Origin: Vicugna vicugna
Taxonomy: Eukaryota
DNA: 64,000 nucleotides
Reading direction: 5' to 3'
Assembly (NCBI GenBank): GCA_013265495.1
Contig: MU061579.1
Coordinates: 2,725,319-2,789,318 of the forward strand
Positions 63,755 through 64,000 of the stretch are shown here, in pieces. The translations under genes and the position numbers were made by a program. The notes below the pieces were generated by a model. The model worked only from the letters and a program-made list of their open reading frames with translations, was not told where the DNA came from and searched no databases. Within the stretch, counting starts at the first letter, position 1, and every line of letters begins with the position of its first letter.

Positions 63755-64000
63755 GATATTAAAATTAATTTACACTTATCAAAAAACACTGTTAATAGAG
63801 TGAAATGGAAGGCTGCTGTGGAACAGGATAATACTAATACATATAATCAATATAGGGCTCAGGGTCAGAGTATTTAACGGAATCCTACAAGTGATTAAGA
63901 AAAAAGAATCTATAAATTGATAAAAGGTTCATTTAGTCACTACACACACTTGAACATGTGAAAAGTTATTAAATGTGTGCTTCATTACAAAAGAAATAAA
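63755..64000 (+). mobile_element. Ancient L1ME-type ORF2 3' fragment
   Basis: aaaattaatttacacttatcaaaaaacactgttaatagagtgaaa...aatcctacaagtgattaagaaaaa. Confidence 0.6.

Noticed and set aside
1..64000. A novel multi-gene biological system
   Set aside because: No intact genes, RNA genes or unexplained arrays. All large structures are explained by known mammalian repeat classes or local duplication and inversion.

Overview
This is AT-rich, CpG-depleted, non-coding DNA from a placental mammal. The young L1 3' ends and the absence of any recognisable Alu, B1, Bov-tA, CHR or PRE1 SINE point to a camelid-like cetartiodactyl (inference from recalled repeat consensus sequences, not a database search). 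I find no protein-coding exon, RNA gene, CpG island or CRISPR/prokaryotic system. The supplied ORFs are short and are either chance ORFs or decayed L1 ORF2 fragments. Roughly half the window is fossil transposons: L1s of many ages (nested, 5'-inverted or internally deleted), L2, MIR, MaLR (MLT1) LTRs, hAT and Tigger MITEs, and a decayed hAT-Charlie transposase. Also present are several microsatellites, a perfect 260-bp tandem duplication (possibly an assembly artefact), small template-switch inversions, a very young L1 with an 18-bp perfect TSD, and TE-free blocks that look like candidate conserved enhancers. I could not support a novel biological system. Repeat subfamily names are from memory, and boundaries are approximate unless a TSD or TIR is given.
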